This document shows positions 21,181 to 32,129 of a stretch of DNA of 55,687 nt, one piece after another (position 1 is the stretch's first letter; the number at the start of each line of letters is the position of its first letter). A program made the translations under genes and the position numbers. The stretch is from NCBI GenBank assembly GCA_026706245.1, contig JAPOZD010000219.1:1-55687 (forward strand). Direction: 5' to 3'. The notes beneath the pieces are model-generated. The model was not told the DNA's origin, ran no database searches, and saw only the letters and a program-made list of their open reading frames with translations. The DNA comes from Alphaproteobacteria bacterium. Lineage in GTDB: Bacteria > Pseudomonadota > Alphaproteobacteria > Bin95.

Positions 21181-22895
21181 GGGTCCTTGCGCTCGCGATG
21201 CTGACGGCCTGGAGCGGCGCCGCCGGGGCTGCCGAACTCCGGATTCTGTCGCCGGCCGATGCGGACCGCTACCAGCGCCTTTTCCAACTGGAGGCGGAGA
21301 ACCTCTGGGAGGAATCGGACGCGCTGGCGAAGGAGGTGGAAAACCCGCTGCTGATGGGCCACGTCCTTTACCGGCGCTACGCCATCTCGCGCGACTATGT
21401 CACGCCCTATGAGGAGTTGCGGGCCTGGCTGGAGGCCTATGGCGACCATCCGGGCGCGCAGGATATATCGCGCCTGGCGCTCAAGCGCCGACCGCCGGGC
21501 GCGCTGCCGCCACCGCCGGAGAAGCATCCGCCCGTGCGCAAGCCGACGCCGGTGTTCCTCGCTGCGCCCCTGCAGAAACCGCCGACGGCCGTCGGCCGGA
21601 TCTATGCCCGGATCATCGAGCAGCATCTGAAGGACGAGCGGCCCGATCTTGCGCGAAACCTGTTCCGCGACGCGGCCGTGCATCGCGCGCTCGGGCAGGA
21701 CTACGCCGACAAGCTGCGCGCCGATATCGCCTTCTTCTACTACCTTCTCGGCAAGGACGCGGAAGCCTACAGCCTCGCCTCAAGGCGCGCGGAGCTCGCG
21801 CAGGGCCGGGTTTCGCTGCTTCACTGGGTCGCCGGGCTGGCAGCGCTCAGGCTCGGTTGGCATGCGGGCGCCGCGCGGCATTTCGCGGCCCATGCGCGGT
21901 CTCCCGCGGCCTCGCCCTGGAACGCGTCCGCCGGGGCGTTCTGGGCGGCCAGGATGCTGCGCCGGATCGAACGCTCCGAAGAGGCCGAAATATGGCTCCG
22001 GGAGGCGGCGCGCCACAAGCGCACCTTCTACGGCATGCTGGCCCGCGAAATGCTGGGCCTGCCGCATGGACTGAATTTCGAGCCGCCGCCGCTCGACGAT
22101 ACGGACCGCCTGCGGATTCACGCGGAACCGGCGGCAATCCGCGCGCTGGCCCTGGCCGAGGTGGGGCGCACGGTAGAGGCGGAGGCCGAAATGCGCCGCG
22201 CCCTCGCCGATGCCGATTCCGACACGACGCGCGCCCTGCTCGCCGCGTCCACATCCGCCCGCCTGCCGCGCGCGGCGCTACTGGCCGGGCGCCGCCTGCT
22301 CGGCCGCGGCGACGCGCCCCGCGACGTTGCGCTTTACCCGCTGGCGCCCTGGGAACCGGAAGGCGGCTACGGCCTGGACCGGGCGCTGCTGCTGGGCTTC
22401 ATGCGCCGCGAGAGCGCCTTCGACACCCGCGCCTCCAGCAAGGCCGGGGCGCGCGGGCTGATGCAGCTCATGCCATCGACGGCGAATGCCGTTTCCGGCG
22501 GCGAGCGCTTCGCCGGCAGGAAGCTCAAGCGCCTTCTGGAGCCCGAACTCAATCTGACGCTCGGCCGCAACTATCTCAGCATGCTGCTGGAAAAGGACGC
22601 GGTGTCGGGCGATCTCCTCAATCTCGCCATCGCCTACAATGCCGGCGCCGGCAGGCTGCGCCGCTGGAATGCAACCGTGCGGCACATGGACGACCGGCTT
22701 CTGTTCATCGAGAGCCTGCCAGCAAAGGAGACCCGGGTGTTCGTCGAACATGTGCTCACGAATATCTGGGCCTATCGGGCGCGTCTGGGCCAGAAGCGGC
22801 CGAGCCTGGCCGCGCTGGCGGCCGGCGAGGCGCCGCTCTATAAATCCCTCGATACTCGTCAGGCGGACGCGAGCGGCAGTCCGCCGAAAGCGTGA
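21177..22895 (+). CDS. Soluble lytic murein transglycosylase (SLT domain) with N-terminal superhelical region
   Basis: About 572 aa from the GTG at 21177, which overlaps the UDG stop as GTGA (alternative ATG at 21198). Signal-like VRVLALAMLTAWSGAAGA and the catalytic region RRESAFDTRASSKAGARGLMQLMPSTA. Confidence 0.8.
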   Translation: MRVLALAMLTAWSGAAGAAELRILSPADADRYQRLFQLEAENLWEESDALAKEVENPLLMGHVLYRRYAISRDYVTPYEELRAWLEAYGDHPGAQDISRLALKRRPPGALPPPPEKHPPVRKPTPVFLAAPLQKPPTAVGRIYARIIEQHLKDERPDLARNLFRDAAVHRALGQDYADKLRADIAFFYYLLGKDAEAYSLASRRAELAQGRVSLLHWVAGLAALRLGWHAGAARHFAAHARSPAASPWNASAGAFWAARMLRRIERSEEAEIWLREAARHKRTFYGMLAREMLGLPHGLNFEPPPLDDTDRLRIHAEPAAIRALALAEVGRTVEAEAEMRRALADADSDTTRALLAASTSARLPRAALLAGRRLLGRGDAPRDVALYPLAPWEPEGGYGLDRALLLGFMRRESAFDTRASSKAGARGLMQLMPSTANAVSGGERFAGRKLKRLLEPELNLTLGRNYLSMLLEKDAVSGDLLNLAIAYNAGAGRLRRWNATVRHMDDRLLFIESLPAKETRVFVEHVLTNIWAYRARLGQKRPSLAALAAGEAPLYKSLDTRQADASGSPPKA

Positions 22896-22923
22896 CGCGC
22901 GGTCGCCCGGAAAGCATCCCGCA

Positions 22924-23475
22924 ATGCCAGGAACGATCGACGAGAGCCGCCCTTTCATTCCCGTGCGCATCGCCGTGCTCACCGTCTCGGACACACGCAG
23001 CCTGGCCGACGACCGCTCGGGCGACACGCTGGTCGGGCGGCTGGAGCGCGATGGGCACACACTTGTGGACCGCGCCATCGTCCGCGATGAGGTCAATGCT
23101 ATCCGGGCGGCGCTTCGGCGCTGGATCGACGATCCCGAGATCGACTGCGTGATTGCGACCGGCGGCACGGGACTTACCGGACGCGACGTCACGCCCGAAG
23201 CCTTCGAGGGCGTCTATGAGAAGCGGATTGACGGCTTTGGCGAGCTGTTCCGCTGGCAAAGCTTCCAGAAGATCGGCGCCTCGACCATCCAGTCCCGCGC
23301 CACGGCCGGCACGGCCGGCGGCACTTACCTGTTCGCCCTGCCCGGCTCGACCGGCGCCTGCAGGGACGCCTGGGACGACATCCTCCACTGGCAGCTCGAC
23401 TACCGCTTCCGCCCCTGCAATTTCGTCGAAATCATGCCCCGCCTCCAGGAGCATGTCGCTGGCCGGGGAGGATGA
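22924..23475 (+). CDS. moaB: Molybdenum cofactor biosynthesis protein B
   Basis: 183 aa from the ATG at 22924. MoaB/MogA motifs (LTVSDTRS, ATGGTGLTGRDVTPEA, LPGSTGA). Confidence 0.85.
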   Translation: MPGTIDESRPFIPVRIAVLTVSDTRSLADDRSGDTLVGRLERDGHTLVDRAIVRDEVNAIRAALRRWIDDPEIDCVIATGGTGLTGRDVTPEAFEGVYEKRIDGFGELFRWQSFQKIGASTIQSRATAGTAGGTYLFALPGSTGACRDAWDDILHWQLDYRFRPCNFVEIMPRLQEHVAGRGG

Positions 23476-23642
23476 AGAGTGCGCTGGACTTCGATTGCGA
23501 ACGCGGGCAGCCGGGCTTCAAGGAAGAGTGCCGCCGGCAGGCGGCGTTGGCTGCGAGGGCCGACCGGGATGACCCGGAACTCATGGCGTTCCTGGACGCT
23601 GCATTCGAAGAGTGGGCGAAGAGCCTGAAAGACTGGGAGTAA
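23472..23642 (+). CDS. Small hypothetical protein (56 aa), below the ORF-track size cut-off
   Basis: The ATG overlaps the moaB stop (ATGA). Translation is MKSALDFDCERGQPGFKEECRRQAALAARADRDDPELMAFLDAAFEEWAKSLKDWE. It ends 7 nt before nnrU, and its last codons carry the GGGAG that serves as the nnrU SD. No family recognised. Confidence 0.4.
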   Translation: MKSALDFDCERGQPGFKEECRRQAALAARADRDDPELMAFLDAAFEEWAKSLKDWE

Positions 23643-23648
23643 CCCGCC

Positions 23649-24206
23649 ATGACTCTTCTCGTCGCCGGCCTCGCGTTATTCATCGTCCTGCATCTGGTTC
23701 CGAGCATTGCTCCCCTTCGCGCCGGCCTTGTCGCCGGCATGGGCGAAAAGACGTATCGCGGGGTGTTCTCGGCCCTCGCCTTCGCAGGCCTTGCGATGAT
23801 CGTCTGGGGCTATTCGGCGGCGCCGTTCGAGCCCGTCTATGCGCCTCCGGACTGGGGGCGGCAGGCGGCGATGTGGGTTGTGCCGGCGGCGCTCGTGCTG
23901 TTTGCCGCGGCCAATATGCCAACGCACATCCGGTCCATCGTCCGGCACCCCATGCTTCTCGGGCTCCTTCTCTGGGCGCTCGCCCATCTGGCGGCGAATG
24001 GCGACCTGCGCTCGCTCCTGCTCTTCGGGGGCCTTGCAGGATTCTCCGTGGTGGCGGCGGCAAGCGCGGTGGCGCGCGGCAAGCGGCCCCCCGCCGACAA
24101 GCCGCCGCGCCTCGCGATGGATGCGGCGGCCCTGGTCGCGGGACTCGTCGTCGCCGGCCTCCTGGCATATTTCCACGCCGCCTTGTTCGGCGTGCCGGTG
24201 CTGTAG
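23649..24206 (+). CDS. nnrU: NnrU-family membrane protein
   Basis: 185 aa. Polytopic, with the NnrU pattern (HLVPS...., HPMLLGLLLWALAHLAANGD). Confidence 0.8.
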   Translation: MTLLVAGLALFIVLHLVPSIAPLRAGLVAGMGEKTYRGVFSALAFAGLAMIVWGYSAAPFEPVYAPPDWGRQAAMWVVPAALVLFAAANMPTHIRSIVRHPMLLGLLLWALAHLAANGDLRSLLLFGGLAGFSVVAAASAVARGKRPPADKPPRLAMDAAALVAGLVVAGLLAYFHAALFGVPVL

Positions 24207-24219
24207 GCCCCTTCCCGGA

Positions 24220-25284
24220 CTATCGGCCTGCCGGCCGGGTTTCCGGGCCGGAGACATTGGCGCTCGCGAAGGTGGCCATCTCTGCATGGCACGCGGCGGC
24301 GGCCTTGAGGAGCGCAAGCGCCAGAGCCGCGCCGGAACCCTCGCCGAGCCGCATTCCAAGGTCGAGCAACGGCTTCTTGCCCCAGAGCGCCAGCAGCCGC
24401 GCATGGGCCGGTTCGGCCGAGAGGTGCCCGGCTTGGCAGTGGTCGAGGCCGGCCGGGTCGAGCGCATGCAGCACGGCCGCCGCGGCCGCGGCGCCGTAGC
24501 CGTCCAGCAGCACCGGCACGCGGCCCATGCGCGCCGCCACCAGCGCGCCGAACATGGCGGCGGTCTCGAAGCCGCCGAGCCGGCGCAGCACCTCCAGCGG
24601 CGGCCGGCCTCCGTGCCGGTCTGCGCCCAGGTGGACGGTTTCGATCTTTGCTTCGAGGCGCGCTCCGGAAACGCCCGTGCCCGGCCCGGTCCAGTCCTCC
24701 GCCCGGCCCCCGTGCAGCGCAAGCGCGATGGCGGCGGCCGAGGTGGTGTTGGCGATGCCCATCTCGCCGACCGCGAGCGCATCGATGCCGGGCTCGACGG
24801 CCATCATGCCGTAGGCGACGGCGCGCGCGCATTCCTCATCCGTCATGGCGGGCGCCTCTGTGAAATCCGCTGTCGGCGTCTCCAGCGAGAGCTCATAGAC
24901 CCGGAGTTCGGCATCCAGCGCGCCGCAGATGGCGTTCACCGCCGCGCCGCCGGCGATGAAGTTCTGCACCATTTCGGCCGTCACCGAAGCCGGCCAGGCC
25001 GAGACGCCGCGCCGGGCGACGCCGTGATTGCCGGCGAAGACCGCGACGCGCGCTCGCTCAAGGCGCGGCGGATGGCGGCCCTGCCACGCGGCGAGCCATG
25101 CCGCCAGTTCCTCCAGCCGCCCCAGCGCGCCCGGCGGCTTGGTCAACAGGGCGTCCCGCGCGCGCGCCGCCTCCCGCGCCGCCTCGTCGGGGCCGGGCAG
25201 GTGCGCGAGCGTTTCGGCGATCTCGGCCAGCGAGACGGTCGGGTTGGTCTCGTTGGGCGAGACGGCAGGGTCGGTTTCGGCCAT
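24220..25284 (-). CDS. cobT: Nicotinate-nucleotide--dimethylbenzimidazole phosphoribosyltransferase
   Basis: 354 aa. LTKPPGALGRLEELA and GEMGIANTTSAAA motifs. Confidence 0.9.
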   Translation of the reverse strand: MAETDPAVSPNETNPTVSLAEIAETLAHLPGPDEAAREAARARDALLTKPPGALGRLEELAAWLAAWQGRHPPRLERARVAVFAGNHGVARRGVSAWPASVTAEMVQNFIAGGAAVNAICGALDAELRVYELSLETPTADFTEAPAMTDEECARAVAYGMMAVEPGIDALAVGEMGIANTTSAAAIALALHGGRAEDWTGPGTGVSGARLEAKIETVHLGADRHGGRPPLEVLRRLGGFETAAMFGALVAARMGRVPVLLDGYGAAAAAAVLHALDPAGLDHCQAGHLSAEPAHARLLALWGKKPLLDLGMRLGEGSGAALALALLKAAAACHAEMATFASANVSGPETRPAGR

Positions 25285-25320
25285 GCTGGCGGTCTATCGC
25301 GGATTCGCCAGAGGAAGTCC

Positions 25321-26016
25321 ATGCGCGCCCTCGACGACATGCGGCGGGCCTTTCAGTTCCTGACCGTGCTGCCCGTCGGCCGGCCGGAGCCGCGGCCGCT
25401 CGGCGAGGCGGCCTGGTGCTTCCCGCTGGTGGGGCTGGCGGTTGGCGGTTCAGTGGCGCTTGTGTTCCTGGCGGCGCGGGAGGCCGGACTGCCAGCGGAA
25501 TTGGCGGGATTCCTCGCCGTCGGCGCCGGCATCGCGGTCACCGGCGGGCTGCATGAGGATGGTCTGGCCGACACTGCGGACGGCCTCGGCGTCCGGGACC
25601 GGCGGCAGGCGCTGGAAGCCATGCGGGATTCCCGCACCGGCGCCTTCGGCGTGCTCGCGCTGGCGCTCACCGTGCCGATGCGGGCGCTGGCGCTGGCGGC
25701 GGCGGGGCCGGTTGCGGCGCTCGCGGCGCATGCGCTCGCGCGCGGCGCGGTGGCGGGTGCGATGGCCTGGACGCCGCCGGCCCGCACGGACGGTCTGGCT
25801 GCCGAGGCCGGGCCGACCTCCGCCATCGCCGCGCTTCTGCTCGCGGCGGGTATCGGCATCCTGCTCGGTTGGCCGGCGGTCCCGGCGGCCGCGCTCGCAG
25901 CCTTCGCCGCGGGATGGTGGACCGCCAAACGCTTCGGCGGCCATACCGGCGACACGCTCGGCGTCGTCCAGCAGACAACGGAACTGGCGGTCCTGCTGGT
26001 GCTGGCGGGGGCGTGA
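25321..26016 (+). CDS. cobS: Adenosylcobinamide-GDP ribazoletransferase (cobalamin synthase)
   Basis: 231 aa from the ATG at 25321. FQFLTVLPV and GGLHEDGLADTADGLG motifs. Membrane protein, divergent from cobT. Confidence 0.85.
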   Translation: MRALDDMRRAFQFLTVLPVGRPEPRPLGEAAWCFPLVGLAVGGSVALVFLAAREAGLPAELAGFLAVGAGIAVTGGLHEDGLADTADGLGVRDRRQALEAMRDSRTGAFGVLALALTVPMRALALAAAGPVAALAAHALARGAVAGAMAWTPPARTDGLAAEAGPTSAIAALLLAAGIGILLGWPAVPAAALAAFAAGWWTAKRFGGHTGDTLGVVQQTTELAVLLVLAGA

Positions 26017-26035
26017 GGGCCGCTTGACACGCAAA

Positions 26036-26051
26036 TGTTTCACGTGAAACA
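26036..26051. other. parS: parS centromere-like site (TGTTTCACGTGAAACA)
   Basis: Perfect 16-bp palindrome identical to the canonical ParB-binding consensus. It lies in the cobS-mnmG intergenic region and produces the artefactual MFHVKH ORF starts on both strands. Confidence 0.85.
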
Positions 26052-26112
26052 CGGCGTCAGCGGCGTGCGCCGGACTTGCCCCGCGCCGCGCATCGTCCTA
26101 TGGGACCCGGCC

Positions 26113-27928
<1,816 letters not shown>

Positions 27929-27951
<23 letters not shown>

Positions 27952-28543
27952 GGACTTCGCGCGCATGACCGGTGTTTCACGTGAAACATTGGCCCGACTC
28001 GCCCGGCACCTGAAATTGCTGGCCCGCTGGCAGAAGCGCATCAATCTGGTCGGAGCGGCCACCCTCGCGGATCCCTGGCGCCGGCATGTTCTGGACAGCG
28101 CCCAGCTTGCGCCCCTCGTTCCCGCCGGCGCGCGGCTGGCGGACCTCGGCACGGGCGCCGGCTTTCCGGGTCTGGTGCTGGCCATCATGCGCGGCGGGCC
28201 GGTCGATCTCATCGAGAGCGATGCGCGCAAGGCGGCCTTCCTTGCCGAGGCGGTGCGCGAGACGGCAGCCCCGGCCGCGGTGCATAATGCCCGCGCCGAA
28301 AGCCTCGCCCTCAAGGCCGATGTCGTCGCCGCGCGGGCCTGCGCGCCGCTCGACCGACTGCTTGGCCTGGCCCTGCCGCTTCTGGCTCCGGGCGGCGTCT
28401 GCCTTTTTCTCAAGGGCGCGCGCGCCGGGGAAGAGATCGAGGCCGCCCGCGCCCGCTGGCGGATGACGGTCTGCCGCCATCCAAGCCTGAGCGCGCCGGA
28501 GGGCGTGGTCCTCGAACTCCGGGGAGTCTCCCATGCCGCCTGA
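27929..28543 (+). CDS. rsmG: 16S rRNA (guanine527-N7)-methyltransferase RsmG (GidB)
   Basis: 204 aa. SAM motif [15 protein letters not shown]. Overlaps the mnmG 3' end. Confidence 0.9.
27973..27988. other. parS: parS centromere-like site (TGTTTCACGTGAAACA), inside the rsmG 5' coding region
   Basis: Second identical perfect 16-bp palindrome, 1,937 bp from the first. It encodes ..GVSRET.. of RsmG. Confidence 0.85.
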
Positions 28544-29324
28544 CGGCGCGCGCATCCACGCCGTCGTCAACCAGAAGGGCGGCGTCGCCAAGACGACCAC
28601 CGCCGTCAATCTCGCAACGGCACTCGCGGCGACCGGCCGCCGGGCGCTGGTGGTGGACCTCGATCCCCAGGGCAATGCCAGCACGGGCCTCGGCATCGCC
28701 CCGGACCGGCGGCGGCTCGGCGCATGGGATCTCATGCTGGCGGGCGCCCGCCTCGACGATGCCGCCATGGCGACAGGGCTCGCCGGCTTCGACATCGTGC
28801 CGTCCACGGCGCAACTGTTCGGCGCGGAAATCGAGCTGGCGGACACGCCCCGGCGGGAGACGAGGCTGCGCGACGCACTCGGGGGCGCGACCGGGCGCTA
28901 CGACTATGTGCTGATCGACTGCCCGCCCTCGCTCGGCCTGCTCACCGTCAACGCGCTGACCGCCGCCCGGCGGGTGCTGGTGCCGCTCCAGACCGAGTTC
29001 CTGGCGCTCGAGGGCCTCGTCCTGCTCAGGCAGACCGTCGAGGCGGTGCGCGCCGCGCTCAATCCCGGCCTTTCCTGGGCGGGCATCCTGCTCACCATGT
29101 CCGACCGCCGCAACCGGCTCTCCGCCGAGGTCGAGGCCGATGTGCGCGGCCACGGCGAATTCGGCCGCCTGGTTTACGACACCGTCATCCCGCGCAATGT
29201 GCGCGTGTCGGAAGCGCCCTCGCATGGCAAGCCCGTCATCGTTTACGATATGAGGGCCAGCGGCTCGCAGGCCTATATCCGCTTCGCGGGCGAGTTCCTG
29301 CGCCGGGAGGAGGGCGCCCCATGA
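28533..29324 (+). CDS. parA: Chromosome partitioning ATPase ParA (Soj)
   Basis: 263 aa. Deviant Walker A NQKGGVAKTTT and full-length ParA similarity. Confidence 0.95.
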   Translation: MPPDGARIHAVVNQKGGVAKTTTAVNLATALAATGRRALVVDLDPQGNASTGLGIAPDRRRLGAWDLMLAGARLDDAAMATGLAGFDIVPSTAQLFGAEIELADTPRRETRLRDALGGATGRYDYVLIDCPPSLGLLTVNALTAARRVLVPLQTEFLALEGLVLLRQTVEAVRAALNPGLSWAGILLTMSDRRNRLSAEVEADVRGHGEFGRLVYDTVIPRNVRVSEAPSHGKPVIVYDMRASGSQAYIRFAGEFLRREEGAP

Positions 29325-30172
29325 GCAGCGACAGACCGGCCCGTCTCGGCGGCGGCCTTTCGACGCTGATCCCGGAGACTCCGGTCCCGGACCGGGACCA
29401 GCCGGCCGGCGCCCGCGCGGTCCCGGTCGACCGGCTGGCGCCCGGCCGCTTCCAGCCCCGGCGGCAGTTCGGCGAGGAGGCGCTGGATGCGCTTGCGCAG
29501 TCGATCCGCGAACAGGGCGTGCTGCAGCCAATCCTGGTGCGGCCGCAGGCGAAAAAGCCGGGCCATTACGAGATCGTCGCCGGTGAGCGGCGCTGGCTGG
29601 CCGCCACCCGCGCCGGGCTCGCGGAGGTGCCGGTCACCGTGCGCGAGCTCGACGACCGGACCGCGATGGAGGCGGCGCTTGCCGAGAACATCCAGCGCAA
29701 CGCCCTTTCACCCATCGAGGAAGCCGAGGGCTACAGGCGGCTGCTGGAGGAATTCGGCTGCACGCAGGAACGGCTCTCGACCGTGGTGGGCCGCAGCCGG
29801 CCGCATATCGCCAACACGCTCAGGCTGCTTTCGTTGCCGGAGCCTGTGCGCAATCTTGTCGATGACGGCTCGCTTTCCGCCGGCCATGCCCGCGCCCTGC
29901 TCGCCGACCCGGATCCCGTCGCCCTGTCGCACCGGATCGCCGCGGACGGGCTGAGCGTGCGCCGCGTCGAGCGTCTCGTCCGCGAGCGGCAGAGCGGGCG
30001 CGGCAGGCCGGCGGCGGCGAGGGACGAGGACGCGCTGGCGCTGGAGGGCGAACTCGCCGGCTCGCTCGGCCTCAGAGTGTCGCTGACGCAAAGAGGCGAG
30101 GGCGGCAGCCTCACTCTGCACTACCGCAATCTGGAGCAGCTCGACGACCTGCTGGACCGCCTGAGGCGTTAG
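29321..30172 (+). CDS. parB: Chromosome partitioning protein ParB (Spo0J)
   Basis: 283 aa from the ATG at 29321 (ATGA overlap with the parA stop). ParB boxes (LQPILVR, GERRWLAA) and HTH region (TQERLSTVVGRSRPHIANTLRLL). Confidence 0.95.
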   Translation: MSSDRPARLGGGLSTLIPETPVPDRDQPAGARAVPVDRLAPGRFQPRRQFGEEALDALAQSIREQGVLQPILVRPQAKKPGHYEIVAGERRWLAATRAGLAEVPVTVRELDDRTAMEAALAENIQRNALSPIEEAEGYRRLLEEFGCTQERLSTVVGRSRPHIANTLRLLSLPEPVRNLVDDGSLSAGHARALLADPDPVALSHRIAADGLSVRRVERLVRERQSGRGRPAAARDEDALALEGELAGSLGLRVSLTQRGEGGSLTLHYRNLEQLDDLLDRLRR

Positions 30173-30438
30173 CCCGCATTTCTCACGAAGGTCGCGGCCT
30201 GCGTCGCGTCCAGGTGTCCGCTCCGCAAGGAGTGGGCCGAAAAGCGTAGCAGGGCTACGGTTGAGGCCCGCGACGCCGCGGGCGGACGCCTGGGGCGCGA
30301 CCCGGAGGGCGGCGCTGTGGGGCCGGCATGGTGTGTCGAGCCGCTTGCCCGATGCCCCGCATCGCGCTGCGCGACCCTCCTTCCCTGCCGGCCCCACAGC
30401 GCCGCGCAGACCATGACCTTCGTGAGAAATGCGGGCTA
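30170..30438. repeat. 269-bp intergenic element bounded by perfect 24-bp terminal inverted repeats (MITE-like or structured-RNA element)
   Basis: The left arm TAGCCCGCATTTCTCACGAAGGTC (30170-30193) is the exact reverse complement of 30415-30438. An inner perfect 19-bp inverted repeat spans 30309-30327 and 30387-30405. The outer TAG/CTA triplets are the stop codons of parB and mlaC. Confidence 0.6.
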
Positions 30439-31026
30439 GCCCGCGATTCTTGCACGGAGCCTGAGCAGCAGTCCGTCGAGGCCGCCGGATTCGAGCACGA
30501 TCGCGGAGAACTCCTCGCGCTGGGCGATGACCATGCTCACGCCTTCGATCACGAGGTCGGTGATTGCATAGCCGCCGTCCTTGCGGTCCACCCGCCAGTC
30601 CAGCAGGACGGGCGGCTTGCCCTCGGGGCGCGTCGCCGTCGTATAGACCATGGACCAGCCCTCGAAGTCGCGGACCCCGTCCACCTCGATCTGCAAACCC
30701 GCCAGGTCCTCGAAGCGGTTCGTGTAGAGGCCTGACAGGTAGTTTTCCAGCAGCCCCCTGAAATCCGCCCGCTGCGCGGGCTTGGCCCGGCGCCAATGCC
30801 GCCCCAACACCAGCTTGCCGATCTTGTCCAGATCGAAATCCCGACTCAAGACCTCGCGGAAGCGGGCGCGACGCTCGTCAACCGGCGTCGCGGGGTCGGT
30901 CAGTTGCGGAAGCACATTGGCTGAAAGCTCCCGGATAAAGCCGCCGGCGCCTTCATCCGCCCTTGCCGGATCTGCAACGACAAGGAGAAGGGCGGGCAGG
31001 AAAAGGGCAAGGAACCACGGACGCAT
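30436..31026 (-). CDS. mlaC: MlaC/Ttg2D-family periplasmic phospholipid-binding protein
   Basis: 196 aa from the ATG at 31026-31024. Signal peptide MRPWFLALFLPALLLVVADPARA and Ttg2D-like pattern (FDLDKIGKLVLGRHWR, Y...F). Confidence 0.75.
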   Translation of the reverse strand: MRPWFLALFLPALLLVVADPARADEGAGGFIRELSANVLPQLTDPATPVDERRARFREVLSRDFDLDKIGKLVLGRHWRRAKPAQRADFRGLLENYLSGLYTNRFEDLAGLQIEVDGVRDFEGWSMVYTTATRPEGKPPVLLDWRVDRKDGGYAITDLVIEGVSMVIAQREEFSAIVLESGGLDGLLLRLRARIAG

Positions 31027-31043
31027 GGCGGAAGCTCCCGGTT

Positions 31044-31943
31044 TCACTGGGCCGGCCGGGTCTCGACGGGCGGCGCGCCGCGGCTGAAGTCGGGCCGCGG
31101 CGGCGGATAGGCATATTCCTCGTCCTCGCCGTCCTGCTTGCCGCGGAGATACATCTCCTGTCCGCCATCGATCTCGAAGGCCCGGCGCTGGCGGTAAAGC
31201 GTGCGGATGAAGGCGTAGTAGTCGAGCGTGTTCGCCTTGAAATCGTCCAGCGTATCCAGGTTGCGGTGCCGGAAATCGATCGTCGCCACGCCCGCGCGCA
31301 CCAGCGGCATATGGTCGAGGTCGGCCCGGCGAAAGGCGATATCGACCGGGTCTGCAACGCTTTGAACGATGAGGCCGGCGCCGTCCCGGACATTGGAGGG
31401 GCCCGCGAGCGGCAAGACCAGATACGGTCCTTCGCCGACGCCCCATGACGCCAGCGTGCTTCCGAAGTCCGTGCTGCGGTGGGGCAGGCCGTGATCCTCG
31501 GCGACATCGACGAGGCCGACGAACCCGATCATAGTATTGAGGAGGAAGCGCTGGGCGGTGTCGCCGGAGCGCTCCCATTCGCCCTGGGCGACGTCGTTGA
31601 CGAATGTGAACGGGAGCGACAGGTGGCGGATCACATTGCGGACGCCGCGCTTCACCGGGGCGGGCATGACCTTGCCGTACACGAAAGCGGCGGGGCGCAG
31701 GACGATCGTGTCGAGCATCTCGTTGACGGCGAAGACGATCCGGTTCAGCGGCTCCAGCGGGTCGCCGTAGGAAATGTCCTTCGGTTCCTCGCCGGCGCTC
31801 GAAGGCAGCGGCGCGGCGAGAGCAAGGAGAAAAACCAGAAGAAAAGCCGCCGCAACGCCCGGCAACCGGCCCACGGCAGCGGGGCACCCGCTGGCGACCG
31901 GAGGGCAGGATGTGCGGGGTCTGATTTCGAACCCTTTTCGCAT
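31044..31943 (-). CDS. mlaA: MlaA/VacJ-family outer-membrane lipoprotein
   Basis: 299 aa from the ATG at 31943-31941. DPLEPLNRIVFAVNEMLDTIVLRPAAFVYGKVMP is the VacJ signature region. Start choice is uncertain. Confidence 0.8.
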   Translation of the reverse strand: MRKGFEIRPRTSCPPVASGCPAAVGRLPGVAAAFLLVFLLALAAPLPSSAGEEPKDISYGDPLEPLNRIVFAVNEMLDTIVLRPAAFVYGKVMPAPVKRGVRNVIRHLSLPFTFVNDVAQGEWERSGDTAQRFLLNTMIGFVGLVDVAEDHGLPHRSTDFGSTLASWGVGEGPYLVLPLAGPSNVRDGAGLIVQSVADPVDIAFRRADLDHMPLVRAGVATIDFRHRNLDTLDDFKANTLDYYAFIRTLYRQRRAFEIDGGQEMYLRGKQDGEDEEYAYPPPRPDFSRGAPPVETRPAQ

Positions 31944-32129
31944 CTGCGTTTCCGAACTCTCCGGGCGTTTCCCGCGAGTGGTTAGCATACAACTCCGGGA
32001 CCGCAAACACGCGGCATGCGGCCAAAGGTGACAGGGCGGGCAGGCGCCCCTATAAGGAGCCGGCATCATGCTGCAGCCCGCCGCCATTCCCCTTCCGCCG
32101 ACCGCCGGGCGTCGCCCGGAGGCCGTCCC

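Noticed and set aside
26035-26112. ORFs beginning MFHVKH on both strands (26035 plus, 25450-26052 minus, 27801-27989 minus) and the 26-codon N-terminal extension of MnmG
   Set aside because: They all arise from the ATGTTTCACGTGAAACAT palindromes (parS). The conserved MnmG N-terminus ([12 protein letters not shown]) begins at the ATG at 26113.
30169-30414. 81-aa minus-strand ORF (and 66-aa and 135-aa ORFs) inside the parB-mlaC inverted-repeat element
   Set aside because: They have Arg/Ala/Gly/Pro-rich shadow-like composition, no SD and no motif, and they lie entirely within a palindromic non-coding element.
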